Numbered from the whole stretch's first letter, positions 37,830 through 52,022 are shown. The stretch is DNA of 63,035 nt, filler included, from Octopus bimaculoides (GCF_001194135.2; 4 parts of 4 records of this genome joined end to end with filler, not necessarily neighbours in it), one strand, 5' to 3'. Notes: generated by a model not told the origin, from the sequence alone. Made by a program: numbers and translations.

Positions 37830-39334
37830 GAACCATCATCATCGTATCTGATGTGGCTTGTTAAACTAGACAATGTTCTGAAAAGACACCCACATAGATT
37901 GTACATCCGATTTGGACCTCCAACAGCTGCAGATAAGTTCTGATCTTTGTGGATCTTAAAATGTCTTTTGAGGCTTTCTGGCATACACTGCATTCAAAGG
38001 TGTGCACAGACATATAGGCAGAATAGTTGGTGGAGGTTCGTTTTCCATGCGTTCGTAAATGAGATTTGAGCCAAGCAAAAAGAAAGGCATGGTCTGTCAC
38101 AAACTGTGCACACAAAAAGGTCATTGTGATTCACCTTCTCGACCGTTACATTCTTCCTTAGATCTCTTTTGAGTCTTACATGTGTTATCTTGGCATCTTC
38201 AAATGCTTTCACTCCATTCCACACTTTTGTTCGCCATCCAACTCGATCCGAGTTTCTATGTCCTCAGGATCCATTCCAAGTGACTTCATAGTAGTCCTTA
38301 TGCCGTCCTTAAACCTTTTTTTAGATTTACGCCGATAGCATTTCCCCTATGCAAGCTCACTATAAAACAGCTGTTTCGACATGCATTCACCCGCCATTCG
38401 AACAATATGGCCATACCAACCATCTCATTTGGCTCCTCAAAATCATAGCTTTCATTGAGTTGATGCCTGCAGATGCAAGAACATCTGTGTTTGGAGTAAA
38501 AGAGCTCCATTTAATGTTTAAAATGTGATGAAGGCATTTTTGGCGGAATTGTTCTAACAGTTTCAAATGCCTTTCATAACAAATCCATGTAAGGGATGGT
38601 AAGACAAATGATTTGTAAAGAGCCAGCTTTGTATTCTTATTTACATGTCGCTGGTACCAAACGCGTGACTCCAAGCCACCAAATACTTTTGCTGCCCTTT
38701 GAATACGCAGATGTATTTTTGTATCAAGATTGCCATCATTTTGTACAGATCTTCCAAGGCCGATGAACGAATCGATAACCTCAAGTAACTTACCCTTAAT
38801 AACAATTTTAGTGGGGTCACAAACAGCATCACACGCACGTTGATGCATTACAACTGTTTTTTTTTTCAAGTTGTTGCTCAAGCCAAATGCAGATACAAGA
38901 CATTGCAGAATGACTGAAATGATCGCAATCGTCAGCCTATAAAAGTTTCCTAATGAGTGAAGTAAAAATTTTCGTTTTGAATTTGTGTTTAATCAGATAA
39001 AAACATTCCCTGTTGTTCAATATTTTATGTAAATATCCTCCTCAGAGTTTTGAAAAGCATGTGACAACACAACAGCAAAATATATTGCAAAGAAGGTGGG
39101 TGCATCAAGATCTCCTTGTTTTAATCCATTTTCCATGGCAAAAGATTCAGAGAACTTACCACTAAAGTTCACTTTAGCTTTCATATCTTGATGCAAAGCC
39201 CTGATCATGTTTACAAATGTTTCTGGGCAACCTATTTTTCTTAGAATTAACCACAGAGCATTTTGATTAGCAGTGTCAAATGCTTTGCTCAAATCGACAA
39301 AGCAATGGTATTGAGCAAGATACTGTTCAATGCA
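37830..39334 (-). mobile_element. RTE-clade LINE remnant (RT 3' half and C-terminal zinc finger)
   Basis: SKAFDT..LWLILRKIGCP, GLKQGDLDAPTFF, RIQRAAKVFGGL, QKCLHHILNIKW..PNTDVL, RSQMRW and a C-terminal CTVCDR..LKSHLRTH motif. Frameshifted, and runs into a gap at 39335. Confidence 0.92.
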
Positions 39335-41537
39335 NNNNNNNNNNNNNNNNNNNNNNNNNNNNNNNNNNNNNNNNNNNNTTAATTAATTAANNNNNNNNNN
39401 NNNNNNNNNNNNNNNNNNNNNNNNNNNNNNNNNNTATATATGTATGTGTGTGTATATGTTTGTGTGTCTGTGTTTGACACCCCAACATCGGCAAAACAGA
39501 CGGATAGAATTTCCATCTTTTACGACCTATTCAGCAAGAAATACAGCTACATTTCTACAGGCAGAACCAAGAATTTGATTTCTTTCAACAGGTACAATAA
39601 TAGCGACAACGTTTAAGCAGGAGTTAAATGTGCTAAAGTGAAAGTGACAAAGCAAAAGGGATGAAGATATATTTAGGTTTAACAAAAGATACGTTAATAA
39701 AGAGGTGCACACATCATGCACATTCTTTTAGAATCTTTGCAATAGCAGAACTTGAAGTTTAAAAAAAAAAATGTTCTCAGTGGTACAATGTGGCCAATCA
39801 TATTCTAGTGTATTAAGATGGTACTGTATATGTACCTATGAAAAGTATTTATTTTAATGTCACCTTTCAACTTGGTTTATAAGGATGAACTAGCCTTGAA
39901 CTGTCGTTACCGGTTCAAGTTTATCCTTAGAAACATGATATCTACAGCAGTGTTTCCAAGATTAAATTTTGCAGCAACATTGGAGGCAGAGAATCTTTGA
40001 TATTCTACAAATATTTTCGATTTTGCTTTTATATATTTATATAAACATCCGGTTCCAGGAATAATTAACGTTCTCTCGCGGTTTTTACCAAACGCTTTTT
40101 AGCAGCGAAGTATTTTCTAAAGATAGTTTGCATTTTTGACTACTCGTAAAGTGCCTCATACTTGAGTTTTTCTAAATAATAGAAATGTACATGAATTTGT
40201 GTAAAAAAAAGTTTCCTCACATTTTCAAGTTATTTTATTGAATTATATTTTATTTATCAGTTGTTTCAACATATTTTCTTTTCTTTTTTTTATTTAAAGA
40301 ATCATATTCCTTTTCTTTTCTTTCTCTTCGTTTCTTTCTTTTTAACATTGTGACTTTCTCTTCCTATACTCTATAAACCTAATGCATTTACCTCTCTCGT
40401 ATCGTTGCTTCATTCTCTCTTCACTCAGTTTCGCAAAGATATGTCGAAGTAGACTGAAAGCTATTATCAAATTGACTTCTCTTTTTATAATTGGAAAATG
40501 AACTTGAAAAATCTTTATAGAATCTTCCATACATTTAAGCTATATAATTTATTTTAGTCACTTTTATTGTTTATTTAAGCAACAATTAAATGTTTTCCCT
40601 CTACTGTCATATATGTCAATTTCCATCTCTATTTATTTTTTCCTTCTTTTCTTTATATTAATGAGATTTTGTTTATATCACTTTTTTTTTCTTTCATTTA
40701 TTATTCAACACTCCATTAAATTGAATACATTTACCACTCCCACTTGCCAGCTTTCTTCTCCACACCCACCCGGCTACGTACTGACATTATCATAAACATT
40801 ATATTTTCTTATTTCCGTTTACACACTCCATATATAAGTATATCATTTCTTTCTCATGTTCAAGTCTTCTCTCTGCTTTTTCTTCCCTTCCAATTGAACA
40901 CTTCATAGAATCGAATTAGTTCAGCTCCTTACCTTTTTTTATTCTATACTTCTATATTCAGCCAATAACATACACACAAGGTCTACAATTCCTTATTCTG
41001 CTACAGAACTATCCCTAATGAATATATCATTTCTACATAAAGCTAATTCTAGCTGCTGTTAGCATATCTTAGCAAAATATTCACGTTTTTTTTTTGCTGC
41101 TATTTTTCTTCTCTATCCTTCCGTTAAATTTCTTTATTCAGCCCTAGCTATTCGCTTATGTCCCAACACTTTCCTCCCTAACTTCTCTCCATTATAAGGC
41201 ATTATTTTATAGGCTCATATCTAAATCGTAAACTATTTTCAATGAGAAAATTTTAAAATTTAAGAATCGGGCTATTTATAAACTTCAATTTAAAAGCACA
41301 TATAATACTTTACAAGACAGAAATTTATTAGAAAAATGCCTTTATCTGCGAGAAAGCGCTGACGAAAATCAGAATAATGGAGGTGTAAAAAATTCTAAAC
41401 GTTAAAAGCTAACGTTACATACAGCACACATACATACGCCTATACGCCCACACAAACGCACACAGGGATACATGCACGTAAATAAACACACACACATACA
41501 CGTTTGTATAAGGAGAGGTTCATGCATAACGCATATG

Positions 41538-41584
<47 letters not shown>

Positions 41585-41619
41585 ATCAAGTAATCTCTCT
41601 CTCTATCTCTCTATCTATA

Positions 41620-41733
41620 TACGAGAAGTGTATGAAAAAATTTGAGCCTTGAAGTCTTCTGCCTTCGTTAAAAGTCTTGTACCATGCTTTGTTGTTTTTT
41701 TTGAGGCTCAGAACTTTCCATACACCCCTAGTA
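41620..41733. mobile_element. Mariner-like MITE (114 bp) with 30-bp TIRs at TA sites
   Basis: TIRs at 41620-41649 and 41704-41733 match at 23/30 positions and begin TAC(G/T)AG. Confidence 0.7.
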
Positions 41734-42038
41734 TATATATATATATATATACTAGGGGTGTATGGAAACCAAAATAAAATTTGGGATTTGCGAAGGGTCA
41801 AAGATGGTAATAAAGACAGGACATTGGAGACATACAACAACCCAAACGAAAACAAACATGGAGAGCCGTTAGGCCAGACGAGGTAAGGTAGCGAACGCTG
41901 GAGGAATATTGTATTTGACAAGAGAAAAGATAGAAGGGGAGACGGATAAAAATGCGTCTGGTCTGTAAGACAGACTGAAAGAAAAGAAAGATGATCACGT
42001 GAGGAAAAAGAAGATGGGCGATGGTCATGTGTGACCAA

Positions 42039-42070
<32 letters not shown>

Positions 42071-42185
42071 TAAAGCAGAGAGTGTAAAGGAGAAAGAGGA
42101 AGAGAGAGACTGATAGAAAACGGTGAAGGAGAGAAAAAAGAATTAGGGAAAGGATATATACTTATGAAATATAAAATCGACATAA

Positions 42186-42388
42186 GGCGGTGATTTGGCA
42201 GAATCGTTAGCACGTCGGACGAAATGATGTTCGTCATGTCCTTTTTTACGTTCTGAGTTCAAACTCCACCAAGGTTGACTTTTCATTTTGTATTCTCGGG
42301 TTTGATACATTAAGTACCAGTTGAGGACTTGGGTCAATACAATCGACTCACCCATCCCTCGAAATTTGTGGCCTTACGCCAAAATTTA
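42186..42388 (+). mobile_element. Family B SINE
   Basis: GGCGGTGATTTGGCAGAATCGTTAGCACG ... GTTCTGAGTTCAAACTCC. Confidence 0.85.
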
Positions 42389-43783
42389 ATACGAAAATAT
42401 ATGAACGCACTCACATATATATTTCTGAATATACACATACATATATATATACATATATATATGTACATATATATATTATGTGTGTATGTGTGTACTTATG
42501 TGTTATTCGATAAATAAACATCCGAACACTCCTCATACACACACACATACGTTCGCACGCACACTGAGAGTGACACACACGATATTTCTTAAATTTATGG
42601 CAGCGAGCCAATACCATTATTCAGAAGTCATATATATCATCATTATTACTGTCATGTCTGCATTATCTTCCCCTTCTTTTTAATTCTGTTTTTTCCCCTC
42701 CTTTCTATGTTAGAAAACGTGTACATATATATATATATATATATATACATATACACCTATATATATGCATGTATAAAGACGCCTTTATTTATGTTTGAAT
42801 GTACGTATATATATACACATATATATATACATACATATATACATTCATAAAATATATATATATATATATATNNNNNNNNNNNNNNNNNNNNNNNNNNNNN
42901 NNNNNNNNNNNNNNNNNNNNNNNNNNNNNNNNNNNNNNNNNNNNNNNNNNNNNNNNNNNNNNNNNNNNNNNNNNNNNNNNNNNNNNNNNNNNNNNNNNNN
43001 NNNNNNNNNNNNNNNNNNNNNNNNNNNNNNNNNNNNNNNNNNNNNNNNNNNNNNNNNNNNNNNNNNNNNNNNNNNNNNNNNNNNNNNNNNNNNNNNNNNN
43101 NNNNNNNNNNNNNNNNNNNNNNNNNNNNNNNNNNNNNNNNNNNNNNNNNNNNNNNNNNNNNNNNNNNNNNNNNNNNNNNNNNNNNNNNNNNNNNNNNNNN
43201 NNNNNNNNNNNNNNNNNNNNNNNNNNNNNNNNNNNNNNNNNNNNNNNNNNNNNNNNNNNNNNNNNNNNNNNNNNNNNNNNNNNNNNNNNNNNNNNNTATA
43301 TATGGATATAAACATATATGTATATGTGCGTAAATATATATGTATAAATATAAATGATATATATATATATATATATATATGTGTATTTATGTATGTGTGT
43401 GTTTATATTTGTATATTTATGCATGTTTATGTTTGTTTTTTTGTTTTTATTTTTGTTTAATTAAGAAATAGATAACAACGAAGCGATGTGTTGTTTTAAT
43501 TATCATGATTTAAGATGTAACATAAATTAGACCTTTTATTCGTTTATTTCTGTATTTGTTTATTTGTTCATTTGTTTATTCATTTATATAGTTGTTTATA
43601 CGACAATAGGAATAACAACATTAGCAACAACAACAACAACAACAATAGCAAATATATATCATGTGTGTATTTTAAAAATGTTTAAACAACGGAACGACGA
43701 TAACAATATTAACAACATTAACAACAACAACAAAAACAACAACAGCAATACTAATAATAATAATGATGATGATGATGATAATG

Positions 43784-43834
<51 letters not shown>

Positions 43835-44028
43835 GTAATAATAAAAGTAATAATAATAATGATAATAACAAAAACAAATTCTCGTATCAGAAGATACAAT
43901 ACATAATTGAACGAAAGAGAAAAATAATAAAAATATGGCGTTATATTCACACACACACGTACACATAAACATACACACTGATACACACACACTGACAAAC
44001 ACACAAATACACATTCACACTCAAAGAT

Positions 44029-44107
<79 letters not shown>

Positions 44108-44486
44108 TATAGGGGCATTTACATCAAATAGAAACACACGTACACTCACTCACACGCGCACACACATATACACACATATACACTAAAACACACGAAAGGT
44201 TAGAGAGTAAAGAAATAATAAAAATTTATTTCATAGTATTTCCATTTTATTATAATTAACATTATTTAATAAATTTCAATATTGAATTATTTAAACTGAT
44301 AATTGAAATACGAGTTGGTTTTGTATTCAATTTATTTTGTTTTAATGTCATTGTATTTTTATTATATTTTGGTTAATTGTTGAAATATTAATCAAGAAAA
44401 ATGAATTTATCTCTCTCACGCATCTTACTGTGTTTCTTGGGGGTTTTATTGCTACGATTATTATTCTTGCTGTTGTTGTTTTCGTA

Positions 44487-45450
44487 AAGGTGGAGAGTTG
44501 CGAGAATCGTAATCACATCAGGCAAAGCATTTGCCCTCTGAGTTCGAATTCTGCCGAAGTACGACTTTGCTTTTCATCCTTAGGGATTCGAGAAAATAAG
44601 TAACATTCAAGTACTGGCGTCGATGTTATGGATTTATCCTCCGCAGCCCTAATAAACTTGTCCTTGTGCCAAAATTTAAAGCCAATATTATCGTTGTTGT
44701 AAAGGTGGTGAGACGGTAGAATCGGTAACAAAACGCTTACCGGTATATCATGCGTCGCTACGTTCTGAGATCAGTTTCCGCCGATGTCGACTGTGGCTTT
44801 TATCCTTTCGGTATCGATAAAATAAGTACCAGTTGCGCATTGGGGGCGATATATTTGGCCTCCACTCTGCCTCGAACTTGCTGGTCTTGTGCCAAAATTA
44901 TTGTTGTTGTTGTGAAGGCGACGGTCGGAGTGAATTGTTCGCACATTAGGCAAAATGCTTAGCGGCATTTCGTCCGTCTTTACGTTCTGAGTTCAATTTC
45001 CGCCGAAGTCGATTTTGCCTGTCATTATTTCGGGGTCGATAAATTAAACACCAGTGCAATCGACTAGTCCCTTCCCTCAAATTCCAGGCCTTGTGCCTTT
45101 AGTAGTAAATATTATTATTGTTGATGTTGTCGTTGTTAAGGTGGTGACCAGGGTGAATCGTTCGCACGTTCGGCAAATTGGTAAGCGGCATTTCGTCTGT
45201 CTTTACATACTGAGTTCAAATTCTGCCGAAGTCAACTTTACCTTTCATCATTCCGTAATAGATACCATTTGACGACTGGGGTCTATGTAATCGACCTGCC
45301 TGTCCCCCAAAAATGCTGGCCTTGTACCAAAATTTGAAATATCTTTATTGTTTTTTTCTTAAGGCGTTTTACCTTGGTCGTTGAACTGCCACTGGGGTTG
45401 ATAAAATACGTACAAATGAAACAGCAGCGTCGACGTAATCGACTAAAAGT
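44487..45450 (+). mobile_element. Head-to-tail cluster of four family B SINEs plus one partial copy
   Basis: Copies start near 44487, 44704, 44916, 45139 and 45362, separated by (GTT)/(ATT) tracts. Confidence 0.85.
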
Positions 45451-45988
45451 GCTGTGAGGCTTGTCCGTGCATGGCATCACACGTCAGTTTCGAAACTGGA
45501 TGAATTTTTTTACAAAGCGAGTATCACTTCTCTTGCTCACGTACGGCATACAAAACAAAAAGCACATTTAAAAAAAAAAAGCGAACTTCTTTCCACTTGC
45601 CCGCACGAGGCAGATCCACGCAATGGATTCGAAATCGGAAGAACAGTTTCATGAAGCGATCTTTTTCTTCTCTTTAATCACACGCCCACACTCCATCCTG
45701 CGCAGTCCCAGCATCTCATTTATTTTCTCGAACTATGTATGACATTTATCGACTCGGTCAATTACGTGTCGAGAGTATTATGCAAGATTGATATTCTCAT
45801 TTTAGCGATTATGTGCTGGTGTTTATCTGCTATCTCTTCTTTCACCAAAGTAGACGATAACACACGCAATGATATCATTATCTTTATCTAGTCTTATCGA
45901 GATCTAGAAAGAATCTTGACGTATATGTGTGTGTGTATTTATATATACAGAAATGGATGAATAGATAGGTAGTTAGATAGATAGATAA

Positions 45989-46023
<35 letters not shown>

Positions 46024-46171
46024 CACAAATACACACCGACGTATATATGTATGTATATATACACACATGTATATGCATGTACATATATATATATATATAT
46101 ATATATGTCCAGCCAGCCAGCTGTCTATCTATCTCTCTATATTTATGTATCTATGCGTGCGTCTATCTATT

Positions 46172-46203
<32 letters not shown>

Positions 46204-46244
46204 TGTATGTATGTATGCATGTATGTATGTATGTATGTGTGTAT

Positions 46245-46284
<40 letters not shown>

Positions 46285-46939
46285 CTACATATATACTCAC
46301 ACAGTAATAATTTCTTGTATAATTACAACAAAATGGAATTTAGAATGAAATTGAGTAATGTTTTGGTTCTTCCCAAGGGACATAAACGAAATGAAATAAC
46401 TGTAATTGTTAAATCGAAATTCAACTTTAATATTGTTGTTGTTGTTGTTTATGTTATTCCTGACGATGTTATTACTGTTCTTGTTGTTGTTGTCATTGTG
46501 TAACTCTATGTTAAATCTGAGCCGGCAGATCTGTATATACAATTGAATCGTGATATAGTACCTCCTGGAGTGTGTTTCAAACGAGATTGCACGAAAGCTT
46601 TCTCCTGCCCTAAGGCTCTCACAGGTTTCTACTCGTTATTAACTTATATTTCCATAGGCACAAGAACGATACTTTGTTTCGTTTTTTTTTTTTCCTTTTC
46701 CCTTTTCCTTTTTCCTTGCGAAGAACGTTCCCCGAATTGGAAATTCGTTCCCGAGCCACATGCTTTCGGTTTCCAGCATTTTCCCAGCACAGCATCTGAC
46801 ACGAATTCTTCATTTATGATTACACGAAATAATTTTACTGACCAATGACTTGCGGTGAAACTTTTCCCCTCTCTCTCTTTCTTCCGCGTCCTCTCTCAAC
46901 CTCTCCCTACGTTCATATATTCATCCATATAGCAACACG

Positions 46940-47175
46940 CATATGGCTTAGTAGTTAGAGTGTTGGACTCGTGGTCATAAGATGGTGGCTTCGATTCCTG
47001 GACCGGGCGACGCCTTGTGTTCTTGAGCAAACCACTTCCTTTCATGTCGCTCCAGTCCGCTCAGCTGGCAAAACATGAGTAATCCTGTGACGGGCCGGCG
47101 TCTCGTACAGGTGGAGACAAAATACACGCCCTGAAACCGGACCTTATGATGAGTCGGTATGACACGAGAAACTAA
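46940..47175 (+). mobile_element. tRNA-derived SINE (family D)
   Basis: A-box TGGCTTAGTAGTTAG, B-box GCTTCGATTCC, then CTTGAGCAAACCACTT..GCTCCAGTCCGCTCAGCTGG. Confidence 0.75.
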
Positions 47176-47629
47176 CTGCTTTATATGTGTTTATGGATTC
47201 ATTATTGCAGACTGAACGATACGGTTTATGATTTGTATTGTTATATGTTCGGGCGGTGGGGTGTACAAGTTCTTTAGAGATAAGATTGAGTAGGTAAATA
47301 GAATTAGGACAATAAATAAATAAAAACGATGGAGGAAATTTAAATACATATATTTAAGTACATATATAGACTGTTTATATACTCAACAAATGTAGCAGTT
47401 ACTCTATGAAGGAGTTCCTAATTTGCATACCGAAAGTGTTTAACACTCTATAAATACCAGCGGCCTATCAACGGGGTATCTTAGTCCACATAGCATCTAG
47501 GTATATACATTACATATACACAATATATATTGTCACATTATACACTTTGTTTATACACATTTTATATACACAATATATATATATATTGTCTTGCTCAAGG
47601 ACACAACTTGCAGGGATGGGACTGATTCT

Positions 47630-47655
47630 ACCATTGATACTACTACTACTACTAT

Positions 47656-47702
<47 letters not shown>

Positions 47703-47901
47703 ATACCACCACCACCATCACCACCACTGCTGCTGCTGCTGCTGCTGCTGCTCCTGCTACTTATAGTGTAATAACATTTTTAGATTATGTTACTAATTTG
47801 GTGGACGGTAGTGGTAAGGGCTTTGGGATCTCCCTAAATATCACTGCCGGCCCTTGGGAATTACTGCGTAAATATTGCTGCAACTGCAGCTGCTGCTGCT
47901 G

Positions 47902-47955
<54 letters not shown>

Positions 47956-48250
47956 ACAAGAACAACAAAACGCCCGCCAACATCAGCGACAGCTACACTA
48001 TCATTGACATGGTTAACACTACAGCCACCACTACCACCAATACCACCACTACCACCACTGTCAACAACAGCAGTACCATTTTCATCACACCGTTGTGAAG
48101 AGCATTCATACAGCCATCGTCAAGACGAACAGCAACAATCACAACAATACCAAAAAAAACACTACCACAACGACTACTACACAGTCACCACCACCACCAA
48201 CAACAACAACAACAGCAGCAACAACAACAGCAATAACAACAGCAAGTAAT
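47630..48250. repeat. Compound trinucleotide repeat region (ACT, ACC, GCT, AAC)
   Basis: Directly visible. Confidence 0.9.
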
Positions 48251-48653
48251 CATATCCCAATTTACAATCAGCTACATGGTCATTTTGGCTGATTTTCAAT
48301 ATTTTAACAAGACAAAATTACTTGCAAAGCCATTTTACATTATTACCAATAACATTGATACATTATATAAAAAAAATATATATATGTATTTATTTCTTTT
48401 TTACATATTGAACTGTTGTTGCTTTTCTGTTGGTGGTGGTGGTGGTGGTGGTGATCATGATTGGTGCTGTTCTATAACCACCGTCCTCAGCATCAAGTCA
48501 GTTCTGTTCCGGTATATCTGTGATCAAAGGGCTTTTTTTTTAAACCGCCACACTTATGATTTCAGAGGTATTTTTAAAGTCTATTATATAACGTCGTCAA
48601 TTATTATCATCATCATCATCATTATTATTGTTATTATTATTATTATTATTATT

Positions 48654-49535
48654 TTATGTTTGACTTTTGTTTTGCATTTGTACAAGTTGGATCCAAGTCT
48701 CACCCAGAGATCTCAAGAGACAACAAGTTAGAAGTTCATGTAGGTGTTATGTCTAGGGTACCATATATTTGGATTTGTACAGTTTTGTTCAAGTGAATGT
48801 TTAAGAAACCATAAGAAAATTATGTGTTTGCTTTAAAATTTGAGATCACATAGACAGTATTTTACGTCGGATATGGGCAGTTCCCATGAGCACTATCTTT
48901 TGAACTTCAGCCATTTTGGGGTTTCCTGGTATCTGAGCTAGGTAGTAATCAGCCCGTTTCGCTGTCATTCCCAGGGCACCTATGACAATNNNNNNNNNNN
49001 NNNNNNNNNNNNNNNNNNNNNNNNNNNNNNNNNNNNNNNNNNNNNNNNNNNNNNNNNNNNNNNNNNNNNNNNNNNNNNNNNNNNNNNNNNNNNNNNNNNN
49101 NNNNNNNNNNNNNNNNNNNNNNNNNNNNNNNNNNNNNNNNNNNNNNNNNNNNNNNNNNNNNNNNNNNNNNNNNNNNNNNNNNNNNNNNNNNNNNNNNNNN
49201 NNNNNNNNNNNNNNNNNNNNNNNNNNNNNNNNNNNNNNNNNNNNNNNNNNNNNNNNNNNNNNNNNNNNNNNNNNNNNNNNNNNNNNNNNNNNNNNNNNNN
49301 NNNNNNNNNNNNNNNNNNNNNNNNNNNNNNNNNTTATCATGGGGCAAGTCCAGGTTTTTGCATATTACCCAGTGAATATATTGTGCAGCTCTATCATGCC
49401 TGTTGAGATACTCTGTAGGCGCAAGCAGACTGCACATGGAGACAACATGATCGATGGTCTCATTTTGTTGTTGGCATATACGACATAATGGGGAGCTGCC
49501 GTTCTTTAATATGTTGGCCTGGTAGTTCTTAGTGT
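48654..49535 (-). mobile_element. R4/Dong-type LINE 3' remnant (CCHC plus restriction-like endonuclease region)
   Basis: CRICQQQNETIDHVVSMC..YLNRHD..IHW and IVIGALG..QKIVLMGTAHIRRKIL on either side of a gap. The 3' end abuts an (AAT)n tract. Confidence 0.85.
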
Positions 49536-49539
49536 TTAG

Positions 49540-50020
49540 TGGCATTTCGTCCGTCTTAACGATCGGAGTTCTAACACCACCGAGATCGACTTTGCCTGTC
49601 ATCTTTTGCGGGGTCGATAAAATAAGTACTAGTTGAGTACTGCGGTCGACGTAATCCACTTAGCTCCTTTACTGAAATTGCTGGCTCTATACCAAATCTT
49701 AATTCATCATCATCAAGTACCAGTTACACACTGGGGTCGATGTAATCGACTTAATCCCTTCCCCCAAATGTGAGGCCTTGCGTTTCCAGTGGAAAAATCT
49801 TATCATTGTAATCAATATTATTATATGTCCTGAAGGCGGCGAGCTCAGAGAATCGTTAGCACGTTGGACGAAATGCTTAGCGGTATCCCGCCCGTCGTTA
49901 CACTCTGAGTTCAAATTCCGCCTAGGTTGACTTTGCCTTTCATTCTTACGGGATCGCTGAATTAAGTATCAGTGAAACACTGGGGTCGATGTAATCGACT
50001 ACTCCCCTCCTCCAAAATTA
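49540..50020 (+). mobile_element. Cluster of family B SINE copies/fragments
   Basis: Repeated GGGGTCGATGTAATCGAC and GAGTTC(A/T)AA motifs, with a full head GGCGGCGAGCTCAGAGAATCGTTAGC at 49835. Confidence 0.8.
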
Positions 50021-50039
50021 GAAAGAATTAGTGTTATAT

Positions 50040-50335
50040 GACCTAGTGGTTAGGGTGTTGCACTCACAATGGCGAGATCTTGGTTCAATTCCTAGACATT
50101 GTCGTGCGTTACCTTGCATATTGAGCAATGCACTTCGTCTCACGTTGCCCTGAGATCTCTTCGATACCTGATGTGTGGTAGACGGGGCACCTATTCAGCC
50201 AGTGTCGGTTTGACAGAGGCAGTGAGGTAATCTAGAGAACATACATTCTTGATCACTATACACAAATCATTTGTGCAGGTCGATCGAAAAAAACATAAGA
50301 CGTCTACAACGAAAGAATCCATTATTGTATGTTCA
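50040..50335 (+). mobile_element. tRNA-derived SINE (family D-like)
   Basis: GACCTAGTGGTTAGGGTGTTG A-box and GGTTCAATTCC B-box; body similar to 12066-12308. Confidence 0.7.
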
Positions 50336-51426
50336 GACGCATATTTGGAATCACCGATTCCGTCACAAACTGAAAATCTGTGGGGGAAGGGAAGTAACTC
50401 AGTCTTAATATCAATTACCTTGTTTAAATGCAAAAAGTAGAGATATCTGAAACCATTCAATGATAGGTGGCACTTACAAGAATAGTGCTATTGCATTCAC
50501 GCAGAAAATCATCAGAGGTAAGAATAGTAACATTGAATATTTATTAAAATAATATCTTTATTTCCAAATAAGTCTGGTTGAGGCTACTTAAAAACATTTG
50601 TGGACTTGGTCAAATTTCGCAAAATTCTTCATAGAAAGAGTAGTAAATATATTACAGAATATATTAGGCGGCGGAGGCAGAATGATCGGAGGTTCCTAAG
50701 AAAGGGTNNNNNNNNNNNNNNNNNNNNNNNNNNNNNNNNNNNNNNNNNNNNNNNNNNNNNNNNNNNNNNNNNNNNNNNNNNNNNNNNNNNNNNNNNNNNN
50801 NNNNNNNNNNNNNNNNNNNNNNNNNNNNNNNNNNNNNNNNNNNNNNNNNNNNNNNNNNNNNNNNNNNNNNNNNNNNNNNNNNNNNNNNNNNNNNNNNNNN
50901 NNNNNNNNNNNNNNNNNNNNNNNNNNNNNNNNNNNNNNNNNNNNNNNNNNNNNNNNNNNNNNNNNNNNNNNNNNNNNNNNNNNNNNNNNNNNNNNNNNNN
51001 NNNNNNNNNNNNNNNNNNNNNNTATATATATATATGTATGTATGTATACACGCGCACACAGATCCATCTCTCTCTCTCTACTCTCTCTCTCTCTCTCTCT
51101 CTCTATGTATATACATATATATATATACACACACTTTCTATTTAGAAATTTGTTTATCGTTTTATCCAACTGCATCATTCTATAGCTATCTGTCTATTTA
51201 CTTACCTATGTATATTCAAAAATACACAAGTATATATATATACACATACGCACACACATAAATATATATATATAAATGTATGTATATAAACACACACAAA
51301 TGTTTATATATACAAACTTTAAAATTCCATTACTGTTTCCATCAATAATTCTGTTTGGAGAGATCAGCTGTTCCATGAATATTAATTCCTTCAATATTAT
51401 TATTATCATTATTATTATTATTATTA

Positions 51427-51525
<99 letters not shown>

Positions 51526-51604
51526 GTTATTGTTGCTGTTGTCGTTACTTTTTTATGTTGTTGCTGTTATTCACGTAGTTGATGACGATGACGACGACGA
51601 CGAC

Positions 51605-51652
<48 letters not shown>

Positions 51653-52022
51653 ATTGTTGTCTTCATCAGCATCATTGTTATTTATGTTTTTTTACACATA
51701 TTTTCCATCTTTCTCTCTTTGCTTATGTTCAAAACGTATCCCTCATTTGCATACATATTTCCTTTTGTCACAAATGGCTGACAACAGGAGAAAATATCGC
51801 AAAATACAGGAAGCGTAAGGTCTCTTGTTTTATTTTCATTTTCCTATGCATCTCATTGCAACTAACTTCACCAACACGTCGGTCGTTCTTGATACATCGT
51901 AATATTATGCGTACGTTGTGCATTTGTTGGATGAAATACTAGCGATAAAGGAGCACCGAAAAACGTAGAAGCGTTCACATGTATTACACATGCAAACACG
52001 CATATATACACGCATATATACA

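Noticed and set aside
44487-45450. Regularly spaced similar units that superficially resemble a CRISPR-like array
   Set aside because: The units are about 210-bp diverged SINEs in a eukaryotic context, with no short conserved repeat and unique spacers and no cas genes.
50467-50523. 51-nt open segment ending in a strong GAG|GTAAGA donor
   Set aside because: The acceptor is poor (no pyrimidine tract) and neither open frame resembles Lin-28 or any family I recognise.
51774-51820. ATG GCT GAC ... GAA GC|GTAAGG (MADNRRKYRKIQEA), a possible first exon
   Set aside because: No promoter context, no recognisable protein and no partner exon found. It is compatible with chance, although RNA-seq could rescue it.
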